This document shows, piece by piece, positions 4,824 to 7,236 of a DNA stretch of 7,236 bases. The stretch is taken from positions 1 to 7,236 of the forward strand of contig CAYWGS010000074.1 in NCBI GenBank assembly GCA_964457525.1, written 5' to 3'. Below the pieces are notes generated by a model, which saw nothing but the letters and a program-made list of their open reading frames with translations, did not search any database and was not told the DNA's origin. A program made the position numbers and the translations under genes. Origin of the DNA: an uncultured Erysipelotrichaceae bacterium. GTDB lineage: Bacteria > Bacillota_I > Bacilli_A > Erysipelotrichales > Erysipelotrichaceae. Every line of letters begins with the position of its first letter. Within the stretch, counting starts at the first letter, position 1.

Positions 4824-5849
4824 ATGAAAATTATCAGAACCAAAGAGATAGATCGATTCTTTAATCGATGTCTACACAATATACAAAATGAAACTAAGAA
4901 TGAATTCTTAGGAATGCCAGTTACAAAACAAACCGAAAAAGAGATTCAAAGACGGATGAAGAAAGCTGGGTTTTTGGAGTACCAAGGTTCAGTTGATACT
5001 TGGCCTAGTTTGTATATATCATCTAAAGAATATATGAGTCGACCTTATCATAAAACAATTCAATTGGATAAGATTCAATCAAAAGAATTTGCTTATAAGA
5101 AAGAACTTGTTCAAGCAGATGAACTATTTAGTTTATCAAGTATACAATTTGATCCTGATCGTGAACTTAATGACTCCATGCGATTGGTTGCCTTAGATGA
5201 ACCGATGGAAGTCACAATCCTCTATCAGAACAATGAAGTTTGGATGTTAGATGTTCCATCAGAAGCAGAAACTATTGATCCTTATGCAAAGAAAGCACAT
5301 GGGAATATATTAACCTTTGGTTTAGGGATTGGATATTATCCATTTATGGCTATGTTAAATCCAAGTGTTGAGAAAATAACAGTAATTGAGAAATCAAAGC
5401 CAGTTATTGAATTGTTTAATCTATATTTAAGACCACAGTTTCCCAATCATATTACACTCGAAATTATTGAGGGTGATGCGTTTGATTACTTCAATGAGAA
5501 ATTTTTAAGTCAATATGATTCGGTATTTGTGGATATTTGGCAGTCTAATCAGGATGGCTTAGTACTGATTGAGAAACTTCTTGAGAATTATCTACCTGAT
5601 TTTAATCAAGTTGATTTTTGGATTGAAAGTTCTTGTTTCGAGATAATTCCAACTTTAATCTTCTTATATTTTGAAGCCTTAACGAGAAATAAACATGCGA
5701 AAGTTTATAATAAGGATGATCAGAGGATTATGCGAAAGATTGATACTTATTTTAGGAAAATAGATCAAACCATCGATGATGTAGATCAATTAAAAGATTA
5801 TATGTATAATCTAAAAATCCATCGAGAAATACTATCGATAAGACTATGA
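4824..5849 (+). CDS. Spermidine-synthase-like / class I SAM-dependent methyltransferase-fold protein with an uncharacterised ~135-aa N-terminal region
   Basis: 341 aa. Rossmann motifs occur in canonical order within nt 5307-5540: ILTFGLGIGY (GxGxG), ITVIEKS (acidic end of beta-2), IIEGDAFDYF and DSVFVDIW. The preceding VWMLDVPSEAETIDPYAKKAHG resembles in layout the LDG..Q..E.DE..YHE segment of aminopropyltransferases. The start is uncertain because the SD-like AGGAA sits too close to the ATG. Confidence 0.65.
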   Translation: MKIIRTKEIDRFFNRCLHNIQNETKNEFLGMPVTKQTEKEIQRRMKKAGFLEYQGSVDTWPSLYISSKEYMSRPYHKTIQLDKIQSKEFAYKKELVQADELFSLSSIQFDPDRELNDSMRLVALDEPMEVTILYQNNEVWMLDVPSEAETIDPYAKKAHGNILTFGLGIGYYPFMAMLNPSVEKITVIEKSKPVIELFNLYLRPQFPNHITLEIIEGDAFDYFNEKFLSQYDSVFVDIWQSNQDGLVLIEKLLENYLPDFNQVDFWIESSCFEIIPTLIFLYFEALTRNKHAKVYNKDDQRIMRKIDTYFRKIDQTIDDVDQLKDYMYNLKIHREILSIRL

Positions 5850-6142
5850 TCGAACACTATAATCATTTCCTACCACGATGGATGAAAGTAAGTGCAGTTA
5901 CACTGGGTAGACACGTTTTTTATGTGATGGATTCCAGTCGTGTAATAAGCCGATTACGTAAGCATGAGTATGCGCATGTTTTGCAGTATCAATCGAATGG
6001 ATTGATTAAGTTTCTTTATTTGTACTTCAAAGAATATCTTCATTATCGATTTAAAGGGTATAAGCATTACGATGCGTATTATCAAATCAGTTTTGAAGTT
6101 GAAGCAAGAAAACAAGAAACGCTTAACGAATCGATTGTATAG
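5846..6142 (+). CDS. 98-aa HExxH mini-metallopeptidase-like protein (DUF4157-like)
   Basis: The ATG at 5846 overlaps the upstream TGA (ATGA, 5846-5849), and there is no independent SD. SAVTLGRHVFY...ISRLRKHEYAHVLQYQ matches my recollection of the DUF4157 pattern A.T.G..I.F...LLAHELxHVxQ. HEYAH lies at nt 5963-5977. A downstream SFEVEAR offers a possible third-ligand Glu. Confidence 0.6.
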   Translation: MIEHYNHFLPRWMKVSAVTLGRHVFYVMDSSRVISRLRKHEYAHVLQYQSNGLIKFLYLYFKEYLHYRFKGYKHYDAYYQISFEVEARKQETLNESIV

Positions 6143-6210
6143 TGTTACTATTCTTAATGTGTTTATAAATAGAAATAGAATCATGGGTAACCATGTTAAA
6201 TAGGTGAAAT

Positions 6211-7230
6211 ATGTTAAAGAGATTTGCGATGTTAGGACTTAGTTTAATGATATTAGCTGGATGTGCTAAAGAAGTTGAGAACATTCCAAATGAAGAGAAT
6301 GTTCCTATTGAGGTCGATCCAAAAGAACTTATCGATTTAAGCTTAAAGCCGAATGAATCAGGCAAAATTATGATATTGATGTATCACAATATTGGAGAAG
6401 AGGAACAAACCTGGACTCGAACAGTGGATAACTTAAAAAAGGATTTAGAAACACTTTATGAGAAGGGTTATAGACCAATTAGTTTATCAGATTATGTGAC
6501 TGGTAATATCACAACAGAATTGGGATATACACCAGTTGTGTTAACCTTTGATGATGGAAATTTAAATAACTATCGATATCTTGAAGATGGTAGTTTAGAT
6601 CCAAATTGTGCTGTTGGCATTCTTGTGGAGTTTAATCGTACTCATCCGGATTTTCCGCTTGAGGCAACATTCTTTATTACGAGTTCCAATCCGTTTAAAC
6701 AATCTCAGTATGCAAAAGAGAAGGTTGAAGCACTCATTGAAATGGGCATGGATATTGGGAATCATTCAAAAGATCATATGAACTTTAAGGATGCGTCTAA
6801 AGATGACCTTGAGGAACAACTCGGTTATCAAGCACAGTATTTAGAAACATTTACTCCAGAAGGTTATCGAGTCAATACATTGGCTTTACCATATGGTTCA
6901 AGACCTAAAAATACCGATTTAGAAATATATTTACAAAAAGGGCAGTATGAAGAGTATTCGTATGAGAATGTTGCGATTCTAAATGTAGGTTGGTTTCCAG
7001 CTGTTTCACCTTATCATATTGACTTTAATCCACTCAGTTTGCCTAGAGTTCGTGCAAGTGAAATGAATGTGGATAATGTTGGTATGTATAATTACTTAAG
7101 TTATTTTGATAATCATCCTGAAGAAAAGTTTATCAGTGATGGCAATCCAGATATTATTACGATTCCTGAAGACTTGGTGGATAAGTTACCAATAAATGAA
7201 TCTAAAGAGTTGTATACTTATACTAGATAA
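6211..7230 (+). CDS. Lipoprotein, polysaccharide deacetylase (CE4 / NodB homology), PgaB/IcaB-like subtype
   Basis: 339 aa with RBS AGGTGA at 6202-6207. The signal peptide carries the lipobox LAGC (Cys18, nt 6262-6264). CE4 motifs are LTFDDG (aa 111-116), HSKDH (aa 185-189) and LPYG (aa 226-229). The N-terminal IMILMYHNIG...W..T...L..DL..L...GY..ISL segment is typical of the PgaB/IcaB-like branch. Confidence 0.85.
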   Translation: MLKRFAMLGLSLMILAGCAKEVENIPNEENVPIEVDPKELIDLSLKPNESGKIMILMYHNIGEEEQTWTRTVDNLKKDLETLYEKGYRPISLSDYVTGNITTELGYTPVVLTFDDGNLNNYRYLEDGSLDPNCAVGILVEFNRTHPDFPLEATFFITSSNPFKQSQYAKEKVEALIEMGMDIGNHSKDHMNFKDASKDDLEEQLGYQAQYLETFTPEGYRVNTLALPYGSRPKNTDLEIYLQKGQYEEYSYENVAILNVGWFPAVSPYHIDFNPLSLPRVRASEMNVDNVGMYNYLSYFDNHPEEKFISDGNPDIITIPEDLVDKLPINESKELYTYTR

Positions 7231-7236
7231 TTGATT

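Noticed and set aside
6165-6181. Tandem AATAGA-AATAGA and TATAAAT upstream of the deacetylase gene as a defined promoter or repeat element
   Set aside because: There are only two short repeat units. The candidate -35 elements are poor (TTCTTA at 19 bp, TTAATG at 16 bp). This is noted in the deacetylase finding but is not strong enough to annotate as a feature.
1-7236. Search by eye for tRNA/rRNA genes, CRISPR repeats, IS elements, integrase or recombinase genes and long direct or inverted repeats marking a mobile island
   Set aside because: None was found. Coding density is high, all genes are co-directional, and no repeated spacer-like periodicity or terminal inverted repeats are visible. 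The region cannot be called a mobile or defence island from this window alone.

Overview
AT-rich, low-GC Firmicutes-like 7.2-kb window with ten protein-coding genes, all on the + strand. I see no tRNA/rRNA genes, CRISPR arrays, transposases, integrases or terminal inverted repeats, so nothing in the sequence marks it as a mobile island. Left block: a permease of the ArsP_1/DUF318 type (vicinal Cys-x-Cys) plus a 77-aa CxxC thioredoxin-fold protein, preceded by a perfect 22-bp palindrome just downstream of a TATAAT box. Centre block (about 1366-4762): an apparent five-gene operon bracketed by two weak AT-rich hairpin/T-tract terminators. It encodes a small 2-TM protein, a Macro-domain::HTH fusion, a cytoplasmic vWA protein with a complete MIDAS motif, a GNAT acetyltransferase and a PAP2 membrane phosphatase. 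Right block: a spermidine-synthase-like Rossmann-fold protein joined by an ATGA overlap to a 98-aa HExxH mini-metallopeptidase (DUF4157-like), followed by a CE4 polysaccharide-deacetylase lipoprotein. The best candidate for an undescribed system is the Macro-HTH + vWA pair with its flanking genes, possibly an ADP-ribose-linked sensing, regulatory or conflict module. The second candidate is the coupled SpeE-like/mini-zincin pair. All family calls come from recognising motifs by eye in the supplied translations. No database search, structure prediction or folding-energy calculation was run, and the functional links between genes are inference.
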